From the NCBI GenBank assembly GCA_003151825.1, contig PLYO01000026.1, forward strand, positions 21,704 through 85,703: a DNA stretch of 64,000 bases, written 5' to 3'. Below are positions 26,601-36,399 of this stretch, piece after piece. This DNA is from Ignavibacteriota bacterium. GTDB lineage: Bacteria; Bacteroidota; Ignavibacteria; Palsa-1295. Numbering within the stretch: the stretch's first letter is position 1; every line of letters begins with the position of its first letter. The notes below the pieces were generated by a model, which was given only the letters and a program-made list of their open reading frames with translations, did not search any database and had not been told where the DNA came from. Position numbers and translations under genes: made by a program.

Positions 26601-26833
26601 TATTCAATACCGATGGAATCCTGCACGAGCTGTTTCACCGCGTCGATTTTCTTTCGGAGCGCCGCGATTTCCGCCGGCACGATGGATTTCATCGTCGGCT
26701 TTTGGTAGTAAATTTCGAGCGCATTGAGTTCGATAAGCATGTCGGTGAGCACCGTCAGAGCGGTTCGCAAACGGCCTTTCATTTCGCCGCCGCGAAAGAG
26801 TTCATTTTCAAGTAGTGCGCGGTATTCGTTCAT
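26600..26833 (-). CDS. Small hypothetical protein, translationally coupled to the adenosyltransferase gene
   Basis: TAATG stop/start overlap with the downstream gene. Helical sequence MNEYRALLENELFRGG.... The start is uncertain because the ORF extends to 26905. Confidence 0.35.
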   Translation of the reverse strand: MNEYRALLENELFRGGEMKGRLRTALTVLTDMLIELNALEIYYQKPTMKSIVPAEIAALRKKIDAVKQLVQDSIGIE

Positions 26834-26837
26834 TCCG

Positions 26838-27098
26838 TTACGAGGCGAGAACGAAATCTTTCCAATTTCCATAATTGATTTGAGGAGAAGTGGTATAAAA
26901 CCCAATCGGCGCGAAGGGATTTATTCTCCGGTCGAGCGCGCGGCGGCGAGTGCGAAGCGTTATCATTTGCACCTGCGCCGCTTTTCGGACGATCGTCCTC
27001 GCATCGACTTCCGACATGGCATACACCGGCGAGACCGTCAGCAGGAACAGCAGCATGGCTGCTTCCATCAGGAGTTTCCGAAATCGCGAGATCAGCAT
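26838..27098 (-). CDS. Small hypothetical secreted protein (possibly a remnant)
   Basis: MLISRFRKLLMEAAMLLFLLTVSPVYA looks like a signal peptide. Only 86 aa, and no family recognised. Confidence 0.25.
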   Translation of the reverse strand: MLISRFRKLLMEAAMLLFLLTVSPVYAMSEVDARTIVRKAAQVQMITLRTRRRALDRRINPFAPIGFYTTSPQINYGNWKDFVLAS

Positions 27099-27136
27099 TA
27101 GGTAATACCAACGCGGCCTTAGGAAAGAACAATCCG

Positions 27137-28102
27137 ATGCAACCCCTCGACCGGAGTTCATTGTTTCTCACCATCATGATAAAACACAGCACTATTCTCT
27201 CACTCGTTCTTATATTGTTCACCGGCGCGGCGAGCGTATCGAGCGCGCAGAAAACTTCTGGCCCCCGCGTGCTCGTCGTCGATGCGCACCCGGATGACGA
27301 AGGCGCCTACGCTGCCGCGATATACAAAATCACCCATGACCTGCATGGGGTGGTCGATCTCGTGGTCATCACGAATGGAGAAGCGGGATATAAATATTCC
27401 ACGCTCGCCAATGCGTATTATCATCTCGATCTGACCGATGAAAAAGTGGGAAGAAAATATCTGCCGGGTATTCGTCATCAAGAATTGGAAAATGCAGGAA
27501 AAATTATCGGGCTGCATCACATTTATTTTTTCAACGAGCGCGATAATCGTTACACACTCGATCCGCACGAAGTGTTAGACAGCAACTGGAACATCCCACG
27601 CGTGAAATCGGAGCTTAATCATATTTTGGTTTCGGGCCATTACGATTTTGTATTCACGCTTTTGCCGAGCGATTCCACTCATGGGCATCATAAGGCCACA
27701 ACAATATTGGCTTTGACTGCCGTGCAGAATTTACCGAAGAACGTCCCTCATCCAATCGTGCTGTGTGCCAGTGGCACCGAGAAAGACAAGCCGCCGACGC
27801 CATTCACCATGCTTGCGGGGTTCCCGATTACGCGCGTGAGTGATGGCGCGCCAACCTATGCGTTCGACAAGCAGCAAAGCTTTGGTTTTCATCACGCACT
27901 CAATTACAAGATAATCGTGAATTGGGAAATCGCCGAGCATAAATCACAGGGAACCGAGCAGCTCGGAATGAATCGTGGCGATCTTGAGGAATATTATTAC
28001 TTCGACATCAATCCTCCCGATGGCCGCGCGAAAGCAAAAGCGCTGTTTGACCGGCTTGCCATCAATGATTATCCCGAGCTAACGTATCCCGGCATTAAGT
28101 GA
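27137..28102 (+). CDS. PIG-L/LmbE family deacetylase, secreted
   Basis: VLVVDAHPDDEGAY motif and a later DSTHGHHKAT motif. The likely true start at 27176 (MIKHSTILSLVLILFTGAASVSSAQ) gives a signal peptide. Confidence 0.8.
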   Translation: MQPLDRSSLFLTIMIKHSTILSLVLILFTGAASVSSAQKTSGPRVLVVDAHPDDEGAYAAAIYKITHDLHGVVDLVVITNGEAGYKYSTLANAYYHLDLTDEKVGRKYLPGIRHQELENAGKIIGLHHIYFFNERDNRYTLDPHEVLDSNWNIPRVKSELNHILVSGHYDFVFTLLPSDSTHGHHKATTILALTAVQNLPKNVPHPIVLCASGTEKDKPPTPFTMLAGFPITRVSDGAPTYAFDKQQSFGFHHALNYKIIVNWEIAEHKSQGTEQLGMNRGDLEEYYYFDINPPDGRAKAKALFDRLAINDYPELTYPGIK

Positions 28103-29502
28103 GCGCAGAAGTGTCCCAGTCGAATCCGTCTCTGGGCCGCGAAGCGTCCCTCGTTCGCAGTCTCGGACTTCGCGAAGCCACGGCGCTGAACATGATCGAC
28201 ATGGTCGGCATCGGGCCATTCGTGACGATGGCGCTCGTCATCGACATTATGAACGGCCCGCAGTGCATCGTCGCTTGGCTCTTAGGCGCGCTCCTCGCCG
28301 TGCTCGACGGGATGGTGTGGTCGGAACTCGGCGCGAAGTGGTCCGAAGCCGGTGGAAGTTTTGTTTTTCTTCGAAAGCTTTACGGCGAACAGACGTGGGG
28401 AAAATTATTCTCCTTCCTTTTTATTTGGCAGACGATTTTTCAGGCGCCGCTCGTCATTGCTTCGGGCGCAATTGGATTTGCCGAGCATGTGAATTACCTT
28501 CTTCCACTTACGCCACTCATGCGCAGAGTTGTTTCAGGCGCTCTCGTTATTCTGCTCACCATTGTTTTGTATAGGAAAATTTCAACGGCGGGACGCATTT
28601 CCGTCATGCTGTGGTCAGTGCTTATTCTCACGATTGGCTGGATTCTTTTTGCGGGCGCAACCCATTTCGATCCGCATCTGGCGTTTAGCTATCCTGCGGG
28701 CGCGTGGTCGCTTTCGCCGGTATTTTTTATTGTGCTTGGGCAAGCGATGGGGAAATCGGTTTATAGTTATTTGGGGTATTACAATGTCTGCCACTTGGGA
28801 GGGGAAATCCGGGAGCCGGAAAAAAATATCCCGCGCAGCATGATGCTTTCGATTGGCGGGATCGCCGTTATCTACCTTGGGATGCAGCTTTCTGTTTTGG
28901 GAACGATGCCGTGGCAATCGGCGCGGCATTCCGAATTTATTTTCAGCACGTTTTTCGAACATATTTATGGGACCGATGCTGCGAATGTTGCTACCGTTCT
29001 GATTTTAATAATTGCCGCTGCTTCCCTTTTCTCCGCCCTGTTAGGTTATTCCAGAATACCGTATGCCGCCGCTACCGAAGGAGCATTTTTTCGGGTCTTT
29101 GCAAGGGTGCATCCCACCAAACATTTTCCGAACGTGTCGCTGCTGGTGCTGGGCGCAATTGCGTTTGTGTTCAGCGTTTTTTTCGATCGCATGAGCGAGG
29201 TCATCAGCGCGATTCTTGCCATGCGAATTCTGATACAGTTTATCGGGCAGACGGTTGGGTTAATCCTCTGGCATCACAACCGCGAGCGGGTTCGTTCGCT
29301 GCCGTATCGAATGCCGCTCTTTCCACTCCCGGCCATTCTTTCGATTATGTTGTGGCTCTTCGTTTTTTATTTTACCGGACTGAAATTCATTGTGGGCGCA
29401 TCGTCGGTTATTGGAATAGGCGTGCTCATCTATTTCGCATGGGCGAAAATGAAGCGGGATTGGCCCTGGAGGGTTCCGGATGAGGGTATGGTCAAAAATT
29501 AA
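28099..29502 (+). CDS. APC family amino-acid permease
   Basis: 467 aa with 12 predicted helices. The N-terminal LNMIDMVGIGPFV motif is typical of APC transporters. GTG start overlapping the upstream stop. Confidence 0.8.
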   Translation: MSAEVSQSNPSLGREASLVRSLGLREATALNMIDMVGIGPFVTMALVIDIMNGPQCIVAWLLGALLAVLDGMVWSELGAKWSEAGGSFVFLRKLYGEQTWGKLFSFLFIWQTIFQAPLVIASGAIGFAEHVNYLLPLTPLMRRVVSGALVILLTIVLYRKISTAGRISVMLWSVLILTIGWILFAGATHFDPHLAFSYPAGAWSLSPVFFIVLGQAMGKSVYSYLGYYNVCHLGGEIREPEKNIPRSMMLSIGGIAVIYLGMQLSVLGTMPWQSARHSEFIFSTFFEHIYGTDAANVATVLILIIAAASLFSALLGYSRIPYAAATEGAFFRVFARVHPTKHFPNVSLLVLGAIAFVFSVFFDRMSEVISAILAMRILIQFIGQTVGLILWHHNRERVRSLPYRMPLFPLPAILSIMLWLFVFYFTGLKFIVGASSVIGIGVLIYFAWAKMKRDWPWRVPDEGMVKN

Positions 29503-29547
29503 TACCTATGGGACAATGAGCGAATTTCGAGCGTTCTCACCTCGTTA

Positions 29548-32500
29548 ATGGAGCGAATGTTTCTCAGCCGCGTAATCCGACTCTTTCTCTTCTTGCTGCT
29601 CTCGATGGGCAGTGTTTCCCATGCCTTCCAATTGCCGAAGAGCGTGTCGAAAATTGCATTGCCTTCGGCGATAAATCGCGCGGCAGCGGTAAGTAAACCG
29701 AGACCCGCACAACTGCATACCCCGGTCTCATCGCATGTCCATTTTCCCAAAAGAAAGTCACGTTCGCATCAGCCGCATGTGAAAGAATTTGGCCGCGCTG
29801 CGAAGGGCCATTCGATCGTTCGCTCGCATCGAACATCGGTCACGGCAAATTCTGGTACGGTTACGCTATCCGTGGATGTGGGCCGGCCCATTCAGGCGCT
29901 CTCGAAGGTCTCTGTGAAGAATGCGCCTCCGGGCATGAAATTTTCGAGTGTACGCTGGCCTTCCCTCGCGCGAGGTTTGCCATCGGGCGTTATGCTGCTT
30001 TCGGAGCAGGACGGGAGGCCGGAATACCCAATGCTCACATTCACTTTCACCATCCCCGCGAACGCGAGCGCGATTACTCCCACGCTGAAGCCGGTTTCGG
30101 CCATCCCGCTCGGGAATATTCATTTCCCGCCTTCGATGAAAAAAATAAAGGGTGTGCTGGAGCGTATTTATGACGCTAATTCCAACGCCGCGCCATCGTT
30201 AACTATCGGCAGGCCGCGCACCTTTCGTTCGTTAAGGATGGTGACCGTCAGTGTGCCGCTTGTTTCCTCGAACGGCGGCGCAGCCACGGCGCTCGAAAAA
30301 TTCACCGTTGGAATTAACTTTAGCCTTTCGGCTGCTCCGAGCGTGGCATCGTCCGCGACGCGCGATCCCGTTTTCGCCGATCTCGATTCACGTCTCGTTG
30401 CAAATACGTGGGATCTTTCTTCGTTCACGGTTCCATTGCGCGGGCCATTGCGCAAGCCCTTGCTTGCGAAGCCGTCCATTTCAAAGAGCTTAAAATCGGG
30501 GGCAGCGCCACTCGGCACCGATCCGCTCATTGGTTGGATCGATACAAACGCGGCATACATTCGCCTTGCCGTTACGCGCGATGGGCTGTATCGTGTAAAC
30601 GCGAGCGATCTCAATTTTCCGCCAAACCAAAATTTTACGCTCGCAACTTCGGGATGGACCGCCAAGAATGTGCGATGCTTCAATCATGGCGTCGAAGTTC
30701 CGCTTTGGATCGATACGGACGTCACCGGCAGCATCGCGGACATCGAATTTTATGGCCAGCATTTGCGCGGGTTTTCGCTGCCGACGGTTACGAATTCTTA
30801 CTTGTCGTACGATTATCATGTGCAGGAGGGGCTAAACTTCCAGTGGTCAGATACTAGCGTCAGGCTGTCCGAATATTACAATGTTGCAACGGATACCAAT
30901 GTCTATTGGCTAACTTCATCGGGTGACACATCGGCGCCACTTCGCTATGTGGCTAAATCACTAATTCCAACCAGCGCGCCTGTTGTATCTTCGGGGACTG
31001 TCCTGCTGCACCATGAAGAAGATAAAAATTATTATAAGGGCGATGCCGCCGAGGACCAAACGCAAACGGAGGAAATGACCGAATATGTACCTGGCGAGCG
31101 ATTTGAATGGGCCGAACTGCATGGCACACTCGACAATCCGGCGTTGTCGCATTTTACCGATACTTTTTACATTTCTCAGCTTCCTTCGGATACGGCCGGC
31201 AAGGTTGCTACGCTCAGTTTTTTATTCCGGGGAATGTCCTTTGAGACCAGCGACGTGGGGCACACCGTTCAAGCGGAAGTAGGAGGGATTCAGAGTCTTC
31301 AGTCTAACTTTTTGGGTTACATATATGATTCTCTCACAATGACCGTCCCGCTCTCGCATCTGGTGGCCGGGGCAAACGAGGTAAATATAAGCGCATTTAC
31401 CCTTGGAGATACTATCGATGAATTCTATCTCGACTACTATGAAGTAAGAATGGAGAACGGACTTGCGCCGAGCACGGATACGGGCATTGTAAAAGGGCAG
31501 TGGCTTTTTTCCATCTCCCCAACATCCGCCAAATTTCAATTGGGAATGACGGACGGCTCCGCGCATCTTTACAATCTGATGGATAATACCCGCATTCTCG
31601 ATCCCTCCAGCCAGTTTTTCGATTCTACTTCTTCCATTCAGCCTCACTATGCAGCCGCGACCACGGCTACACTTTTAAAATGCGACAACATACAGCCGTG
31701 GAATACCAAATCGGGAAACGTCCTTTCGTGGCAGATACTCAATCACACGAACCAGTGTGACTATCTCATCATTACGCACCCTGATTTTGAGCAGGCGGCG
31801 CAAAAGCTTGCGCTCTTTCAAGGCAATCAAGGGCTGAAGACGAAAATTGTCACGACGGACGAAATATTCAATGCGTTCGATTATGGGAGCAACGAACCGG
31901 AGGCTATCAGGCGCTATTTAAGTTACGCATATTACAATTATTCTGGCACACCCGTCTCGCTCGTTACACTTCTTGGCAATGCTTCGTGGGATCCGAAATT
32001 CAACTTACCCGGTGGCATTCAGAGGTCGTTCGTTCCAACGTATGGCCATCCCGTGAGCGATTCTTACTTTACGATTCCAGAATCCGATAGTAATTTGGAC
32101 AGCCTGCCGCTCATGATGATTGCGCGTATTCCCGTTGCCTCGGAAGCGGCCGCCGAGACCTATCTCACAAAACTACGGGAATATGAGACTGCCATTCCTG
32201 CGCCCTGGAACCGGCGGTTCCTCTTCATTGCCGGCGGAGACAGAGGATTGGAGCATGCGAGCTTCGACGACTATTATCAATCGTGGCTTAACCCTGCGCC
32301 ACCATTCGGAAATCTTGGCCTTATTGCCCCTCCAATGAACATTCAGGATACGATCATTGACCGGACCGATTTTTCGAGTGGGGTAGATGCCACGCATGTT
32401 GGCCAAATAGAAGACTTGTTACTCACCGGGCAATCGGTCATGTATTTCGGCGGGCATGGCGCGACCTTCACTTCCGATGTAGCATTCCCCGATGCCAGCA

Positions 32501-35500
32501 TCATACAAAACAAAGGCCTTTATCCTCTCCTTTTGACGCTTACCTGCCAAACGGGAGATTTTGCAGAGCCGAGTCAGGTCACTGTGAACCAGTCGTACAT
32601 CGAAGCGCCGGAGGCAGGGTCGGTGCAAGCGTATGGAACGACGGGATTTGGCGAAGAAGGTTATGACGGTCAGCTTACGAGCAATTGGATTACACTGATG
32701 GAATCCTTCGACAGCACTCACGATACCACGCGCCCGGAGACGATCAATATGCTCGAATTACTGACCGCCGCGAAGTTGAGCGTTGATTATGTCGGAGATG
32801 CGAGTGTGTCCCATAATGAGGCGCTGCAAAATTCCATGCTGGGCGATGCCGCAATGGGCTTTGTGCTTCGGCCGCAGCCGGAGCTTGCCGTTTATTCGAG
32901 CGAAGTGCATGGATATATCCCCGGCGACACCGCGCCACGGACCGTCTTTAGCGTGAGCGATAGCATCATAACCATCCGGGCGCTCATTCATAACTACGGC
33001 TATTCAACGGATCGTCCGGTGGTGATCGAAATTACCGATGCCGGGCCGAGCGGATTTCCAGCCTCCATTTTCGATACGCTGCTACATGGCATCAACGATA
33101 GCGCGTATGTCTCAGCTTCCTTCGTGCTGACGGCGCAGTCAATCGGGCTGCACCAAATTTCCGTCGCGATCGATCCCGGCCATCGGTTTCCGGAATTCTA
33201 TCGCGGCGATGATTCCACGAGCATTCAAATTAGCGTCAGCGGCCTCTCGACAACGGCGTTTTTTCCTTACGAAGGCGAGCGTGAGTTATGCGATATTGGC
33301 CCGGACAGCGTCCATTTTATCGTGCTCACCCCGCAGGGGAGCACTCCGAACGATGAAGTCGAGCTGGAGCTCGATACAACTCATGCGTTCTCGCATATTC
33401 TTGCCGACCGCAAGACGAGCATCGGTTCGGCTTACTATGTCACATTTGGCGTTACAATCCCCGCCGCTCCCGTGCCGGTTTCTTCGGTGTATTGGTGGCG
33501 CACCCGCGTCGTTCGCGCCAGTGGCGAGACCACGGATTGGCAACCTGCGACGTTCAGCACGGCCTCGGCGCCGCGATCGGAATTCAGCTATACTTCAACC
33601 GAGCAATTGGCATCGACCGTCGTCAATGGACTTGACATTAACTCGCGTGGGATGCTCTATCTTCCTCAGCAAGATACGATGCGCATCGAAGCCATTTCCC
33701 ACGGATTGGATGACTCCGTGCTCGGCCAAACCTTCGCACCTTACGCGCAAGTTTTCGTCAATGGCAGGTTCTTCTGGCAGGACAGCGGATATTTTAACGG
33801 CTCGCCTTTCGACAATGGCTTTGTGATTCTCATCTGGACGCCGGACGGCACCCAAATTGACACAGTCTATCAATTCGAGATGCCCTGGCAAAATATTGGC
33901 GATACATCGTTCGAGAACTCCATGGCGAAGACCTTCGATTCCGTCATTGCGGCCATCCCGCAAACGCGGCTCGTGATGGTACTGACCGTGGGATCGGTGG
34001 AGTTTTGGCAGTTTTTCTTCCCGGCGGTTCAGGGGCAGATGCAATCGCTCGGCTCCGCGAAGGGAATGTCACCTATGGCGTATCGTGGCAGTTACGCGCT
34101 CATCGGGACGAAAGGCAGCGCGCCGGGCACCGCAAAAGAAACGTTTGCCGGTGATGGCTCGGGCGGCGCCAACGCATTCGATACGATTATTACCGCCGGC
34201 ACCTCCGGTTTTGCCGAAACGCCCTATACTGCAGTCGCAAAAGATTATGGTGCGCTCAGCTGGACCGGCGATCCCATCGTTGCGGGAGACGATATTAATT
34301 TTATCGTGCTCGGTTCGCGCCGCGATGGGAGCGGTGTCGATGTGGTGGGTTCGTTCAAAGCTTCCGCTGGAAATTCTTTCAGTTTATCGAGTGTCGATCC
34401 TCGAATGTACGATCGTCTCGGCGTGCAAATGGGCTTTGTCCGTATGACGAGCACAACACAAAGCCCCGCGCTTTCTGGAATTGCACTGCAATACGATCCC
34501 GCGCCCGAATTTACGTTTGCCGGCGATTCCATTCAATGTATTCCCAAGCTTGTGAACGCCGGAGGGACGGTCATCGCAAACTATACAGCGACGACGCTCA
34601 CCTGCACGCCGGGCGATTCCGTGCTGGTGCTCCTTGTAAGGCAATCGCAAGGTAAGATTGACACCCCGGTGAAGTATCTCATTCCGCTAATAGCCGGACA
34701 TGGCACTCAATTGTTGAGTGATACCCTGCAAACCCTGAACGAGCTTGGCGCCGCGTCGCTCACGGCAGCCATCAATCCGAACGAAGCGCAAAACGAGCAG
34801 CTTCTTTTCAATAATACGTTGAATGGTTCCTATACCATCACGCGCGACACGATGTCGCCAACGGCAGAAATTCTTTTTGCCGATCCGACCGATAAGATTC
34901 CGCAGCAAATTCCCGATTGCTCTTCGGGAATGAATGCCAGCTATGTTTCCAGCCGCTCGATTATCACCATTCAAATGTTTAGTGGAAATCCCTTGCGCGA
35001 TACCTCGAGCAGTTCGATTACCGCTTATTTTGTGGACGAGAGTAATACTAAGTTGGATTTCACGGTCGCGGCTGGTAATGCACCCTCCGGCATTCAAGCC
35101 ACATTCCAGACATTGCGCGGCGGCCAGTTACAAGCGCAGCTCATCATCACGCCAGCAACGGATACGTTCGCCGCCGGCCAGTGGATCATGAAGGCCTTCA
35201 TTCGCGACGCGAGCGGCAATACGGATACGGTCGAGCAATGCTTTACCGTCAGCAACGTCAACGGTATCGAAGAGGTGATGAACTATCCGAATCCATTTAA
35301 AGAGACGACAGATTTCACCTTCATCTTAAAATCGGACGCGCCGGCGGATATAAAAATTGTGGTCTATACGATCGCGGGACGTAAAATTCGGACGCTCACC
35401 CCCAAGGTACTCCACGCCGGCTTCAATGCCGTCCCGTGGGATGGCCGCGACGAGCGCGGAAACGAAGTCGCGAATGGAACGTATCTTTACCGCGTCGTCA

Positions 35501-35565
35501 TCAATGGAACGAATGGCGATAAGGTCTCCGACGCGGTGACGCAAACGGCGGTGCGGGCACGATAA
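29548..35565 (+). CDS. Giant C25 (gingipain-like) cysteine peptidase family protein with a FlgD-Ig/T9SS-type C-terminal domain
   Basis: Signal peptide. C25-type region CDYLIITHPDFEQAAQKLALFQGNQGLKTKIVTTDEIFNAFDYGSNEPEAIRRYL. Candidate catalytic His in MYFGGHGA and Cys in LLLTLTCQTGDF. C-terminus NYPNPFKETTDFTF...IVVYTIAGRKIRTL...WDGRDERGNEVANGTYLYRV. Confidence 0.8.
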   Translation: MERMFLSRVIRLFLFLLLSMGSVSHAFQLPKSVSKIALPSAINRAAAVSKPRPAQLHTPVSSHVHFPKRKSRSHQPHVKEFGRAAKGHSIVRSHRTSVTANSGTVTLSVDVGRPIQALSKVSVKNAPPGMKFSSVRWPSLARGLPSGVMLLSEQDGRPEYPMLTFTFTIPANASAITPTLKPVSAIPLGNIHFPPSMKKIKGVLERIYDANSNAAPSLTIGRPRTFRSLRMVTVSVPLVSSNGGAATALEKFTVGINFSLSAAPSVASSATRDPVFADLDSRLVANTWDLSSFTVPLRGPLRKPLLAKPSISKSLKSGAAPLGTDPLIGWIDTNAAYIRLAVTRDGLYRVNASDLNFPPNQNFTLATSGWTAKNVRCFNHGVEVPLWIDTDVTGSIADIEFYGQHLRGFSLPTVTNSYLSYDYHVQEGLNFQWSDTSVRLSEYYNVATDTNVYWLTSSGDTSAPLRYVAKSLIPTSAPVVSSGTVLLHHEEDKNYYKGDAAEDQTQTEEMTEYVPGERFEWAELHGTLDNPALSHFTDTFYISQLPSDTAGKVATLSFLFRGMSFETSDVGHTVQAEVGGIQSLQSNFLGYIYDSLTMTVPLSHLVAGANEVNISAFTLGDTIDEFYLDYYEVRMENGLAPSTDTGIVKGQWLFSISPTSAKFQLGMTDGSAHLYNLMDNTRILDPSSQFFDSTSSIQPHYAAATTATLLKCDNIQPWNTKSGNVLSWQILNHTNQCDYLIITHPDFEQAAQKLALFQGNQGLKTKIVTTDEIFNAFDYGSNEPEAIRRYLSYAYYNYSGTPVSLVTLLGNASWDPKFNLPGGIQRSFVPTYGHPVSDSYFTIPESDSNLDSLPLMMIARIPVASEAAAETYLTKLREYETAIPAPWNRRFLFIAGGDRGLEHASFDDYYQSWLNPAPPFGNLGLIAPPMNIQDTIIDRTDFSSGVDATHVGQIEDLLLTGQSVMYFGGHGATFTSDVAFPDASIIQNKGLYPLLLTLTCQTGDFAEPSQVTVNQSYIEAPEAGSVQAYGTTGFGEEGYDGQLTSNWITLMESFDSTHDTTRPETINMLELLTAAKLSVDYVGDASVSHNEALQNSMLGDAAMGFVLRPQPELAVYSSEVHGYIPGDTAPRTVFSVSDSIITIRALIHNYGYSTDRPVVIEITDAGPSGFPASIFDTLLHGINDSAYVSASFVLTAQSIGLHQISVAIDPGHRFPEFYRGDDSTSIQISVSGLSTTAFFPYEGERELCDIGPDSVHFIVLTPQGSTPNDEVELELDTTHAFSHILADRKTSIGSAYYVTFGVTIPAAPVPVSSVYWWRTRVVRASGETTDWQPATFSTASAPRSEFSYTSTEQLASTVVNGLDINSRGMLYLPQQDTMRIEAISHGLDDSVLGQTFAPYAQVFVNGRFFWQDSGYFNGSPFDNGFVILIWTPDGTQIDTVYQFEMPWQNIGDTSFENSMAKTFDSVIAAIPQTRLVMVLTVGSVEFWQFFFPAVQGQMQSLGSAKGMSPMAYRGSYALIGTKGSAPGTAKETFAGDGSGGANAFDTIITAGTSGFAETPYTAVAKDYGALSWTGDPIVAGDDINFIVLGSRRDGSGVDVVGSFKASAGNSFSLSSVDPRMYDRLGVQMGFVRMTSTTQSPALSGIALQYDPAPEFTFAGDSIQCIPKLVNAGGTVIANYTATTLTCTPGDSVLVLLVRQSQGKIDTPVKYLIPLIAGHGTQLLSDTLQTLNELGAASLTAAINPNEAQNEQLLFNNTLNGSYTITRDTMSPTAEILFADPTDKIPQQIPDCSSGMNASYVSSRSIITIQMFSGNPLRDTSSSSITAYFVDESNTKLDFTVAAGNAPSGIQATFQTLRGGQLQAQLIITPATDTFAAGQWIMKAFIRDASGNTDTVEQCFTVSNVNGIEEVMNYPNPFKETTDFTFILKSDAPADIKIVVYTIAGRKIRTLTPKVLHAGFNAVPWDGRDERGNEVANGTYLYRVVINGTNGDKVSDAVTQTAVRAR

Positions 35566-36258
35566 TCAGAACCAAAATCTCGCCGAGAGCACTTCATTCG
35601 TGCTCCAAACGTCCTGCTCAGGAGTGTTTAGCGCTCCATACCCACTTAGTGGATTGCTAGTGCCGACCGTTATGAGCGGCGCGCCGAAACTATAATGAAT
35701 AAATTGCAGCTCTCCGCCAATACTGAAATGCTTCGAGACGAAATATTCCACGGTAAAAGCGCCTCCAAGATAGAAAACACCATAATGGATATCGGTATCC
35801 TGCACCGATGCCCTCGATTGGTGCATCTCGTATTCGGATGAGAGTATTCCGAGGCGCGCGCCAATACCAAATTGGAAAACGGAATCCACCTGCTTTGTAT
35901 AGAACACGCCGAATCCCGCGCGAACAATTTGTTGATCGGCATTGCGCTGAAACGTATCTTTTACCGGGCCCGACGAATCCACCGCCTGCTCCTGATACGA
36001 TTTGAAATACAAGCCGAGCTCCGGCTCGAAACGAATGTAAGGCCCGAATTGCATGGGCACAAAGAAATTTGTCATGCCGGCAGTGCCGAAATGTCCGCCA
36101 TCGTCACCCGGAACGGCGAACGGGGAATAGCTAAGTCCAACGCCGATGGTAATTTTTTCTTCCGTCTGGGCAAGCGCCGAACCCGAAATCAGCGCGAGTA
36201 TAATAAATAAGAAGAATGGTTTAGGGAATCTCTGAATAAGTCCTTCTGAGCATGTCAT
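35566..36258 (-). CDS. Outer-membrane beta-barrel protein (porin-family fold)
   Basis: The start ATG at 36258 lies inside the palindromic repeat and gives the signal peptide MTCSEGLIQRFPKPFFLFIILALISGSALAQ. The sequence has alternating beta-strand character and a terminal ARFWF. Confidence 0.7.
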   Translation of the reverse strand: MTCSEGLIQRFPKPFFLFIILALISGSALAQTEEKITIGVGLSYSPFAVPGDDGGHFGTAGMTNFFVPMQFGPYIRFEPELGLYFKSYQEQAVDSSGPVKDTFQRNADQQIVRAGFGVFYTKQVDSVFQFGIGARLGILSSEYEMHQSRASVQDTDIHYGVFYLGGAFTVEYFVSKHFSIGGELQFIHYSFGAPLITVGTSNPLSGYGALNTPEQDVWSTNEVLSARFWF

Positions 36259-36355
36259 TGCGAGGAGTCCCAGAGGGACGACGAAGCAATCCGTTGGGAT
36301 TTTGCTTAATCTCAAGGGATTGCTTCGTCGCTCCTTCGTCGCTCCTCGCAATGAC
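36254..36355. repeat. Palindromic intergenic repeat, copy 2
   Basis: GTCATTGCGAGGAG...GACGAAGCAATCC...GGATTGCTTCGTC...CTCCTCGCAATGAC. Same family as 16451-16547 and 59005-59129. Confidence 0.8.
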
Positions 36356-36399
36356 GGTCTTAAAAATGACATAATCAGAGTTTCCTTAGTCTTAAATAA

